A stretch of DNA of 64,000 nucleotides from the NCBI GenBank assembly GCA_963798665.1, contig CAWCUN010000019.1:59324-123323 (forward strand), read 5' to 3'. The DNA comes from an uncultured Chitinophagaceae bacterium (GTDB lineage: Bacteria; Bacteroidota; Bacteroidia; Chitinophagales; Chitinophagaceae). The notes beneath the pieces were generated by a model that ran no database searches, had not been told where the DNA came from, and saw nothing but the letters and a program-made list of their open reading frames with translations. The translations under genes were made by a program, and so were the position numbers. This document shows, piece after piece, positions 51,065 to 59,968 of the stretch. Numbering within the stretch: the stretch's first letter is position 1; each line of letters begins with the position of its first letter.

Positions 51065-53290
51065 ATGAGTAACGAAATTATTAACCAAAATGCTGATGTG
51101 CAGGATACTGGCAACTACCAGGATACAGCAACAAAAAAATCACCTGTTGACAATATAATGGAAGAACAAAAAAACAATGACACAAGCCAGGCTACGAACC
51201 AGGTAAAAGAAGAAACAAAACAATCAATTGATGAAATGCCACAAGGTGGTATTGAAGGAGTACCTTTTCCTGAATTTCCTGAAGTGGAATCTACGCAGGC
51301 CGCCACAGAACCACAACCTACAGAGGTTGAAATACAGGAAGAAGCACTTTCAACTCCTCATGATGATTTTGACTGGAGCGTTGATAAAAGAAATGTAACC
51401 TCTTACAACAAAGAAGAACGGGAGAAGTATGATGAAGTTTATGATAAAACATTCAAACAAATTAACGACAATGAAATGATTTTCGGCACTGTGGTAGGTA
51501 TGACCAAAACAGATGTTGTCATAAATATTGGATTTAAAAGTGATGGTCTTGTTTCATTAAATGAATTCCGCGACATGCCAAATCTTAAAGTGGGCGATGA
51601 AGTGGAGGTGATGGTAGCAGAAAAAGAAGACAGGGAAGGTAATCTTCACCTCAGTAGAAAACAGGCACGCACTACAAGGGCATGGGAAAAAATTGTTGAT
51701 ATGCACCGCACCGGCGAAATTGTTACCGGTCTTGTTACCAGTAAAACCAAAGGAGGCCTTATCGTTGATGTATTTGGTATGGAAACTTTTTTACCAGGAT
51801 CTCAAATTGATGTTAAGCCTGTAACTGATTACGATCAGTTTGTAGGTAAAAAAATGGAATTTAAAGTTGTAAAAATAAATGAGGCTATAAAAAATGCAGT
51901 TGTATCACATAAGGCGCTCATTGAAAGTGATATTGAGCAACAACGTGCAGAAATAATTGGTAAGCTTGAGAAAGGCCAGGTTCTTGAAGGGACAATTAAA
52001 AATATCACCGATTTTGGAGCATTCCTCGATCTTGGCGGACTTGATGGATTATTGTACATAACTGATATAAGTTGGGGGCGTATTAATCATCCAAGCGAAG
52101 TATTGAAACTGGACCAAAAAATTAACGTAGTTGTTCTTGATTTTGATGATGATAAAAAACGTATTAGCCTTGGATTAAAGCAACTGACACCTCATCCGTG
52201 GGATACACTACCAGAAAATATTAAAGAAGGTGAAATCGTAAAAGGGAAAGTAGTGAATATTGAAGACTATGGTGCATTTCTTGAAATATTCCCTGGCGTT
52301 GAAGGTCTTGTTCACGTAAGTGAAATTACATGGGCTAATACTCCAATCAATGCAAAGGAATTTTTTAAACTGGGTGACGAATACGAATCAAAAGTAGTGA
52401 CACTTAGCAAGGAAGATCGAAAAATGAGCCTCTCTATAAAACAAATGACAGAGGATCCGTGGAACACAATTGAAACAAAATACCCTGAGGGAAGTAAACA
52501 TAAAGGATTGGTAAAAAATATTACTCCTTATGGTGTTTTTGTTGAGCTTTCACCCGGCATTGGAGGCATGATTCATATAAGTGATTTGAGCTGGCTTAAG
52601 CGCTTTAATAACCCCAATGAGTACACCAGAGTTGGCAATGATATTGACGTTATCATAATGAGTATTGATAAAGAAAACCGAAAGCTCCAACTTGGTCACA
52701 AGCAAATTGAAGAAGATCCATGGAATTCTCTCGAAGAAACTTTCCCGGTTGGGAGTATACATGAAGGAACCGTTACAAGAAAAGATGATAAGGGAGCCAC
52801 GGTGCAATTGCCATATGGACTTGAAGGATTTGCGCCGGCACGTCATCTTCGCAGGGAAGATGATAAATTTATCGGTATTGACGAGATAGCGCCATTTATG
52901 GTTATTGAATTTGATCGCAACGATAAAAAGATAATTCTTAGTCACAGCCGCATTTGGGAACAGGCAAAGGCCGCAGAAAAAAATGCTGAGTTAAAAGAAA
53001 AAAGAGCAGATGCTGAGGTAACAAAAAAAGCGGTGAAAAATATTCAAAGTAAAGTTGAAAAAACGACTTTAGGCGATCTTGGAGTTTTGGCTGATCTAAA
53101 AAAGAAAATGGATAATAAAGAAAGTGTTGTGGAAAAGCCAGCGAAGGAGGAGCAGCAGGAAGTTGAAAATAAAGTTGTTGCCCCAATAGAAGAAGCTAAG
53201 AAGAAAAAAGTTACAGCGGAGAAAGAAAGTACCGTTGAAAAAGCGGCAAGTGATACTGAAGAAGAAAAAGAGAAAGGTGATTCAGAATAA
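51065..53290 (+). CDS. rpsA: 30S ribosomal protein S1 with acidic N-terminal and charged C-terminal extensions
   Basis: Six S1 repeats (GFKSDG, TKGGLIVD, ITDFGAFLDLGGLDGLLYITDISW, IEDYGAF, ITPYGVF, LPYGLEGF); TTLGDLGVLADLK tail. Confidence 0.96.
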   Translation: MSNEIINQNADVQDTGNYQDTATKKSPVDNIMEEQKNNDTSQATNQVKEETKQSIDEMPQGGIEGVPFPEFPEVESTQAATEPQPTEVEIQEEALSTPHDDFDWSVDKRNVTSYNKEEREKYDEVYDKTFKQINDNEMIFGTVVGMTKTDVVINIGFKSDGLVSLNEFRDMPNLKVGDEVEVMVAEKEDREGNLHLSRKQARTTRAWEKIVDMHRTGEIVTGLVTSKTKGGLIVDVFGMETFLPGSQIDVKPVTDYDQFVGKKMEFKVVKINEAIKNAVVSHKALIESDIEQQRAEIIGKLEKGQVLEGTIKNITDFGAFLDLGGLDGLLYITDISWGRINHPSEVLKLDQKINVVVLDFDDDKKRISLGLKQLTPHPWDTLPENIKEGEIVKGKVVNIEDYGAFLEIFPGVEGLVHVSEITWANTPINAKEFFKLGDEYESKVVTLSKEDRKMSLSIKQMTEDPWNTIETKYPEGSKHKGLVKNITPYGVFVELSPGIGGMIHISDLSWLKRFNNPNEYTRVGNDIDVIIMSIDKENRKLQLGHKQIEEDPWNSLEETFPVGSIHEGTVTRKDDKGATVQLPYGLEGFAPARHLRREDDKFIGIDEIAPFMVIEFDRNDKKIILSHSRIWEQAKAAEKNAELKEKRADAEVTKKAVKNIQSKVEKTTLGDLGVLADLKKKMDNKESVVEKPAKEEQQEVENKVVAPIEEAKKKKVTAEKESTVEKAASDTEEEKEKGDSE

Positions 53291-53306
53291 ATAGACTTGA
53301 ACATTT

Positions 53307-53340
53307 AAAATCCCGTTATTATCGTAGCGGGATTTTTTTT
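53307..53340 (+). terminator. Intrinsic terminator after rpsA
   Basis: AAAATCCCGT...GCGGGATTTT followed by a T-run. Confidence 0.8.
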
Positions 53341-53508
53341 GTGGTACTTTCAACAGTCTCCTGAGCACTTTCGTGGTATTTATTCTCCAACACCTGCATG
53401 CAATTTTTTCATTTACAATTGAAATTCTAATAAAATTTAATGGTATAGTTTATGAGGCTTTTCCTAAAACAATGAATGACGGGTCTGCTTCCGAAATCGT
53501 TAAAGTAA

Positions 53509-53598
53509 ATGGACAAATCAAAATTAATTACATATACATTAATTGGCATAGTCATTCTGTGCAGTATCGTCTTGTTAATTTTAATTATTATTTTCTGA
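53509..53598 (+). CDS. Possible 29-aa single-TM small protein
   Basis: MDKSKLITYTLIGIVILCSIVLLILIIIF*; below the track's size cutoff. May be a chance ORF in AT-rich DNA. Confidence 0.3.
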   Translation: MDKSKLITYTLIGIVILCSIVLLILIIIF

Positions 53599-53939
53599 AT
53601 TTTTAGTTACTCTCCATCGATAAAGTTTGTTTTCGTTTGCAAGTACCAAAAAGGACGTGTCAAAGCGACCTATTTATAGTTTAAAGGTCGATGAGTCTTT
53701 TAAACCCTATTTCTATTCCAAGGAACACGGAGGTCGGGTCACCATCGTTAAAGGGTTACATACATAAAGAGAATGTCTCTTCACAACAAGTTTTTATGAA
53801 AACAATGCAGTTCTGCGTTTGAATTTTACAACTAAAAGATGCCCGGTATATCTGTCTATAACACAACTATTATTATCATTGTTGTGCCTAAAAAAATATA
53901 GTTCAAAAGATGATTATGAGTAACAATGCATAGTTACAT

Positions 53940-54971
53940 TTGATTAACACCTGCCCTTCACAATCAACCTTTATGATCCCGGAGAACAAACAAACAGGCG
54001 TTGCAAAAGCATTACAAACTGCATTCGGCGTAAATGAATTTGAATACATTGAGCAATTAATGAAAGGCCTTTCCAGTGCGTTGGTTTTTAAAATTATTGT
54101 ACGTGAAAATCCTTACCTGTTACGGGTGATAACGAGTACACATGCTATCAATGATCCTACACATTATTTTCGCTGTATGCAGGTTGCTGCTGAAGCGTTG
54201 ATTGCCCCACCTATTTATTATTTGACCACTGAAGACAGAATTTCAATAACCGGTTTTGTACAAGAAAAAACTTTCAGTATAGACGAAGCAAGACAAATGA
54301 TGCCATATTTACTTCGGCAGTTACATGCATTGCCTAAATTTTCTTATCGCATAAATTACTTTGATGCTATGGAAGGTTTTATGGAAAAATTCCGTGCGTC
54401 AAATATGCTTCCCAAAAACGCAATAGAAAATGTTTTTGAGATATACCAAAATATTGTAAGGGTTTATCCGCGTGACGACAGGGAGAATTGGGTTTCGTGT
54501 CACAACGATCTTAAGCCCGAAAATATTCTTTTCGATGGGCTGCGCCCCTGGCTTATAGATTGGGAAGGCGCTTTCTTAAACGACAGATATCTTGACCTTG
54601 CTGTTGTAGCAAATTTTGTGGTGAAGGATGATAAAGACGAAGCTGATTATCTTGAAATATATTTCGGTGAACCTGCTTATGAATACAGGCAAGCCCGGTT
54701 TTTTTTGATGAGCCAGGTACTTCACTTCTATTATTTTGGTTTTCTTATGTTATCAGGATTTACAGGAAAACCAGTTGATGTAAATAATTTTAGCGATCCT
54801 GGTTTCAAAACTTTTCATAACCGAATATGGGATGGAGAAATAAATCTTGCTGACAATGACATAAAACTTCAGTATGCATGGGTGCATAGGGAAGAATTTC
54901 TACGCAAAGTGCAGACAAAGCGTTTTGCTGATTCATTGCGCATAGTTGCCGGGCAAAATAAACTTCACTGA
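53940..54971 (+). CDS. Phosphotransferase (APH/choline-kinase superfamily)
   Basis: KGLSSALVFK glycine loop, Brenner motif CHNDLKPENILF, IDWE, RYLDLA. Confidence 0.85.
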   Translation: MINTCPSQSTFMIPENKQTGVAKALQTAFGVNEFEYIEQLMKGLSSALVFKIIVRENPYLLRVITSTHAINDPTHYFRCMQVAAEALIAPPIYYLTTEDRISITGFVQEKTFSIDEARQMMPYLLRQLHALPKFSYRINYFDAMEGFMEKFRASNMLPKNAIENVFEIYQNIVRVYPRDDRENWVSCHNDLKPENILFDGLRPWLIDWEGAFLNDRYLDLAVVANFVVKDDKDEADYLEIYFGEPAYEYRQARFFLMSQVLHFYYFGFLMLSGFTGKPVDVNNFSDPGFKTFHNRIWDGEINLADNDIKLQYAWVHREEFLRKVQTKRFADSLRIVAGQNKLH

Positions 54972-55004
54972 AATAATCAGGCATTAAAAACTTTAAGGTC
55001 TTAA

Positions 55005-57416
55005 TCATTCCGTTCTCAAACTCCTCACGGGATTTGCTATCGCTGCTTTTATTGCCTGGAAGCTTACTGTAATCATTGCAATAAGAAGCGCTGCAATGCC
55101 GGTAATAGCAAAAACGAACCAGCCAATGTGTATTCGGTAGGCAAAGTCCTGCAACCAGTCATGCATAAAATACCAGGCAACCGGCGTAGCAATTACAATT
55201 GCAATAATTACCAGCCTGAGAAAATCTTTTGAAAGTAATGTAGTAATGTTGAATACCGATGCGCCGAGCACTTTGCGTATACCTATTTCCCTGGTACGCT
55301 GAGCCACCATAAAAGTCATCAATCCCAATAAACCCAGGCAGGTTACAAGGATTGCCATTCCGCAAAAGAGAGACATCAGCGTTCCTAACCGCTGCTCGGT
55401 ATGGTACATTGCATCATATTCATCATCAAGAAATGAATAATTGAAAGGCCGCAACGGAACAGTGCCACGCCATATTTTTGAAATCCTGGAAAGTACCGGC
55501 GATAACTTTCCCGGCCCCACGTGTACCAGGACACTGCCAAACCATTGTGGGCTATTAAAAAGCACAACCGGCTGAATAATATCATGCATTGAGCTGGTAT
55601 GAAAATCTTTCATTAGTCCCACGATTGTGCCGGTCCCGGCTATACCCAGTATTACCTTTTTTCCAATAGCTTCACCGGGATTCAATTGGTAGTGACGAAG
55701 GAAGGCTTCGTTCACGATGAACTCATTGACGGTGCTGTCTCCTTTAATTTTTGCCGGGTCAAAATTTCTCCCGGCAAGCAAGGGAATTCCAAGCGTTGAC
55801 AAATAATGCTGATCACCCGCAACTCCACCCACCACATGCCAGTCATCACCGGAAGTTGGATTGGATTTTATGGAAAATCCATTGCCAATAACTGTTTCAA
55901 ACGGCGAGCGCCATGTCTCTGCCACATTCTGAACGCCGGTTATATTTCTAAGGTCTGCCGCGAAAGCATTCAATTTATTATTAAGATCAGCGTTACCATG
56001 AATGATAAGAACATGATCTTTGTCCAAACCTAATTTTGTTGATTGCATAAAGTCGAGCTGGGACCGTACGATGATGGTTCCTAATATCAAGGCAATAGAA
56101 ATAGAAAACTGAAAGATCACCAGGCTTTTCCTCACGGATACGCCTGATCCTCCTGTTTTAGCAAAATTGCCCTTTAATGTTTCAACTGGCTTAAAACGGG
56201 AAAGTACCAATGAAGGATAGAAGCCTGCCAGCAATGAAACTACGATACCTCCGCCAATGATGTAAGCAAGAAAAGTATCGTCAAAAATATAGAAAGGAAT
56301 TTGTTTGCCTAATAATTTATCGAGGTAAGGCAATGTCGTATATACGGCAACGATAGAAATAACAACTGCGAGAAAAGTAAGTAAAAATGACTCCGCAAGA
56401 AATTGTGTAAACAATTGTGGCAAACTTGCTCCAACGGTTTTTCGAATACCTACTTCCTTTGCCCGTACAGATGCTTTTGCAGTAGAAAGATTTATATAAT
56501 TGGCGCAGGCAATTAACAAAACAAGCAGGGCAATCGTAATAAAAATTTTTATGTATTTAAAATCTGATACAAGCAAAAAATTTCTAAAATTAAACGCCCG
56601 GGTATCAAAATGAGCTTGCTTAAGAGGCTCGAGGGTTAAATGTATAACATTTTGGGACGTGGCCTGGTTTGCCTGGCCGGGAGGATTTACCCAGTCTTCA
56701 ATTTTTTTAGAAAGCGACGCGACATTTGTTCCCGGTTTCAACAAAAGGAATGTTGTATAGTTGGGATTGTTCCACTGCTCTTGTATTTCCAGGCTATCAA
56801 ATCCTGTAATGTTGTAAAACGAAGTAAGGAAGTGGAAAGTAAAATGAGAATTGGAAGGAACATTTTCCATTACCGCAGTCACGATAAACTCCTTTTTATT
56901 GTTAAATAGCAAAATCTGGCCAATGGGATTCGTGTTGCCAAAATATTTTTTAGCCATGTCTTTTGTGATCACTACCGTATTAGGTTTATTCAACGCGGTT
57001 TGCAGGTTACCCTCAATTGGCTTAAAGTCTAATACTTTGAAAAAGTTAGGATCAGCATAACAAAATCCTTTCTCATCAAAAAATACATTTCCATGCCGTA
57101 TGGTTCCCGGAGACCATTCGGGCGAGAAGCGGGTGACATCTTCTATTTCAGGAAATTTTTGTTTGAGCTCCGGCCCGACAAAAACCGGCACAGAAGGAGA
57201 AACTGTTTCGTTGCCGCCCATGAGCACATCATAATTAATTCGGTAAATGCGATCTTTTTTTGTATGAAACCCATCAAAGCTCAGTTCGTATTTTACAAAG
57301 GAAAGAATAAGCAGGCAACAAGTGATCCCGATAGCCAGGCCTGCTAAATTGGTAACGGTATAAGACAGGTCTTTTTTTAGTGACCGGAATGCAATGATGA
57401 TATTTTTTTTAAACAT
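55005..57416 (-). CDS. FtsX/MacB-family ABC transporter permease (array copy 1)
   Basis: LAGLAIGITCCLLI, IACANYINLSTAKASVRAKEVGIRK, QRTREIGIRKVLGAS, ANPVRSLRTE. Confidence 0.92.
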   Translation of the reverse strand: MFKKNIIIAFRSLKKDLSYTVTNLAGLAIGITCCLLILSFVKYELSFDGFHTKKDRIYRINYDVLMGGNETVSPSVPVFVGPELKQKFPEIEDVTRFSPEWSPGTIRHGNVFFDEKGFCYADPNFFKVLDFKPIEGNLQTALNKPNTVVITKDMAKKYFGNTNPIGQILLFNNKKEFIVTAVMENVPSNSHFTFHFLTSFYNITGFDSLEIQEQWNNPNYTTFLLLKPGTNVASLSKKIEDWVNPPGQANQATSQNVIHLTLEPLKQAHFDTRAFNFRNFLLVSDFKYIKIFITIALLVLLIACANYINLSTAKASVRAKEVGIRKTVGASLPQLFTQFLAESFLLTFLAVVISIVAVYTTLPYLDKLLGKQIPFYIFDDTFLAYIIGGGIVVSLLAGFYPSLVLSRFKPVETLKGNFAKTGGSGVSVRKSLVIFQFSISIALILGTIIVRSQLDFMQSTKLGLDKDHVLIIHGNADLNNKLNAFAADLRNITGVQNVAETWRSPFETVIGNGFSIKSNPTSGDDWHVVGGVAGDQHYLSTLGIPLLAGRNFDPAKIKGDSTVNEFIVNEAFLRHYQLNPGEAIGKKVILGIAGTGTIVGLMKDFHTSSMHDIIQPVVLFNSPQWFGSVLVHVGPGKLSPVLSRISKIWRGTVPLRPFNYSFLDDEYDAMYHTEQRLGTLMSLFCGMAILVTCLGLLGLMTFMVAQRTREIGIRKVLGASVFNITTLLSKDFLRLVIIAIVIATPVAWYFMHDWLQDFAYRIHIGWFVFAITGIAALLIAMITVSFQAIKAAIANPVRSLRTE

Positions 57417-57487
57417 AAAATATAATTTCCTGATGTATGATCTATAAGTAAAGACCTGGCAGATTTAGACTCTTCAGGTCTAAATAT

Positions 57488-59884
57488 TTATTCCGTTCTC
57501 AAACTCTTCACAGGGTTTGCTATCGCTGCTTTATAGGTCTGCGATATGATAGTGAACAGACCGATGCCCAACAAAAACAAGAAACACATCAATACATGAC
57601 CAAATCCGAAACTAGTCCTGTTACTAAAGTTTTGCAGGAACATTACAGATAAGAACCACCCGATCGGCATTGCTATGAGACCAGCAATAAACAGAAGTTT
57701 TACAAATCCTTTTGAAAGTATGTGCACCAGTTGCGTTGAGCTTGCGCCAATAATTTTACGAACACTGATCTCTTTATTTTTTACCTCGACTGTATACACA
57801 ACTAATCCAAGTAATCCCAATGTTGCAATGGCGAGTGCGATAAAGCCCAGGAATCCAAGAAGAGAAATGGTAGCCGCCTGGGAATTACTTTTATCAAGAT
57901 CATCACTAAGCCATGAAGCTTTTATTGGTTGAGCAGGATGGGAAGCATTTACAACAGACTCAATCTTTTTTCCTAAATCGGTTTTATTATTTGCATGGGC
58001 TACGACATATAAATAGGTATACGCATCTTTCTTTGTTCTGAAAGCCAATGGATCGACCGGCCTGCCAGCACCTTCATAGATAAAATCTTTCATTACACCG
58101 GCAACCTGTAATTGAGTTGTATCATTTATCCAAACCTTTTGGCCAACAGCTTTCGATGCAGAAGAAAAACCTAATGCGAGCACTGCTCTTTCGTTTAGCA
58201 ATAGATAATCTTCGGCCGCGTGCCGGTCACTTGATGGGAAATTGGTTCCTGCATCAAATACAAAATGCATGTCCCGGATAAAGTCGGCATTCGCGTAATA
58301 GTACTTCAGGTTGAAGGCATCCTTTTTATCAGCAACCCAAACCGATGTTGTCATTCCGCTAAAACGTTTTGTAAAATTAGCAGTGGTTGCAGACACCGAG
58401 CCTACGCCGCTGATCGCACTTATTTCCTGGGCCGTTACATTTTGATTCAACCCATTCAACGGAACTATCATTACTTCACTTCGCTTAAAGCCGGGATCAA
58501 CTTTTGCGATAAAAGAAAATTGTTTATAAAAAACAAACAGGAAAATAATTGCTACCAGCGAAAGGCTGTATTGAAAAACAATGAGTGCTTTTTGTAAACT
58601 TACCTTTCCTAAAATTTTTGCAGTAGACAAATTCTTGAGCACACGGAGAGGCTTAAACGCAGATAATATCCAGGCAGGAGCTGAGCCGGCTAGTAATCCA
58701 GATAATAAAGCGTAAGCGATTGTTAACGCTACAAATGTTACATTGTAATGGAAAGATGAAGGAATAAATTCATAATCGTCATTGAAAGGTGCATAGCGAA
58801 CTATCATGGTGAGTATAAGCCACGCAAAACCTAATGCCAGGAAAGAAAGTACTATCGATTCAAAAATGTATTGAACAAAAACCTGCGAACGTTTTGCTCC
58901 AACAATTTTCCGAATGCCGACTTCCTTCGCCCTCGTAAGCGCCCTCGCTATGGTAAGATTTGTATAATTAAAACAAGCCGCTAATAAGATAAGCAATGCG
59001 ATGCCTGTTTCTGCATAAATTTTGCCCCAGGATGTATTGCCTCCATTATCATTGCCAAGGCGTTTTGTACCAGGATTTATTGCATTTAATGCCTGCAAAT
59101 GAAATTCAGTTACTCCGTTTTTATTAATATTATTAAGATTTGAGGCAATACTATTTAACTGAAACTGCAGCACCTTTTTGTTAATGCTTTTATTAAGCAG
59201 TATATAAGTATAAGCTGCATTAAATGCAAACCAATCGGAAGACTTATCGGCAAGTATTTTATTATTTTCCAGCGAGGCTATAGTATTTACCGAAGCATAC
59301 GCCTCGTAAACAAGGTGCGTTTTCCCCGGAGGTGTATTTAAGACGCCGGTGATAAGATAACTTGTTCCATTATCAAAATGAATAGCCTTTCCAACTACAT
59401 TGGAATTATTAAAAAACTTCTCTGCTGCCTGTTTGGTAAGAATAATGGAAAACGGTTCGTTAAAAGCCGTTGCACTATTCCCTTCTAAAAATGTAAAGCC
59501 GAAAATTGAAAAGAATGAAGGCTCGGTAAAAGCTCCATTAAGATATAGTTCCTTTCCATTAGCTGTTGCTTTTCCATTGAGTGCCGGGTAAACGTTTGCG
59601 GCTGCTTCAACCTGATCGTGATACTTCGCTACATCTTTTAATAATGGCAGAGGCGTGCTTGCCATTTGCCATTTTTCCCCATTTTTTTTGGTGTATTCTG
59701 AAGTAATGCGATAGGTTCTTTCCGGGTGGGGATGAAATTTGTCATAGTTAAATACATCCTGTGTACGAATAAGGATCATTAGCCCAACTGACATGCTTAG
59801 CCCTAATCCAAATACGTTGATAAATGTCGTCAGCTTATTTTTCATAAGACTTCTGACGGCTATTTTAAAATAATTTTTAAACAA
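57488..59884 (-). CDS. FtsX/MacB-family ABC transporter permease (array copy 2; TTG start)
   Basis: (M)FKNYFKIA, AACFNYTNLTIARALTRAKEVGIRK, KEISVRKIIGAS, ANPVKSLRTE. Confidence 0.92.
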   Translation of the reverse strand: MFKNYFKIAVRSLMKNKLTTFINVFGLGLSMSVGLMILIRTQDVFNYDKFHPHPERTYRITSEYTKKNGEKWQMASTPLPLLKDVAKYHDQVEAAANVYPALNGKATANGKELYLNGAFTEPSFFSIFGFTFLEGNSATAFNEPFSIILTKQAAEKFFNNSNVVGKAIHFDNGTSYLITGVLNTPPGKTHLVYEAYASVNTIASLENNKILADKSSDWFAFNAAYTYILLNKSINKKVLQFQLNSIASNLNNINKNGVTEFHLQALNAINPGTKRLGNDNGGNTSWGKIYAETGIALLILLAACFNYTNLTIARALTRAKEVGIRKIVGAKRSQVFVQYIFESIVLSFLALGFAWLILTMIVRYAPFNDDYEFIPSSFHYNVTFVALTIAYALLSGLLAGSAPAWILSAFKPLRVLKNLSTAKILGKVSLQKALIVFQYSLSLVAIIFLFVFYKQFSFIAKVDPGFKRSEVMIVPLNGLNQNVTAQEISAISGVGSVSATTANFTKRFSGMTTSVWVADKKDAFNLKYYYANADFIRDMHFVFDAGTNFPSSDRHAAEDYLLLNERAVLALGFSSASKAVGQKVWINDTTQLQVAGVMKDFIYEGAGRPVDPLAFRTKKDAYTYLYVVAHANNKTDLGKKIESVVNASHPAQPIKASWLSDDLDKSNSQAATISLLGFLGFIALAIATLGLLGLVVYTVEVKNKEISVRKIIGASSTQLVHILSKGFVKLLFIAGLIAMPIGWFLSVMFLQNFSNRTSFGFGHVLMCFLFLLGIGLFTIISQTYKAAIANPVKSLRTE

Positions 59885-59890
59885 GAGAGT

Positions 59891-59965
59891 ATGAATTTAT
59901 AGTTATGAATTTAGAGTTATGAGTTGATAAAAACCATCTTTTGACTTTTGACCTTTGATTTTTAA
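59891..59965. repeat. Two blocks of 7-bp tandem repeats in the permease 2/3 spacer
   Basis: ATGAATT TATAGTT ATGAATT TAGAGTT ATGAGTT (59891-59925) and CTTTTGA CTTTTGA CCTTTGA TTTTTAA (59938-59965). Confidence 0.7.
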
Positions 59966-59968
59966 TTT

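Noticed and set aside
53650-53790. Minus-strand fragment FNDGDPTSVFLGIEIGFKRLIDL* resembling a beta-barrel C-terminus
   Set aside because: Too short, bounded by stops and without a start; cannot be supported without a search.
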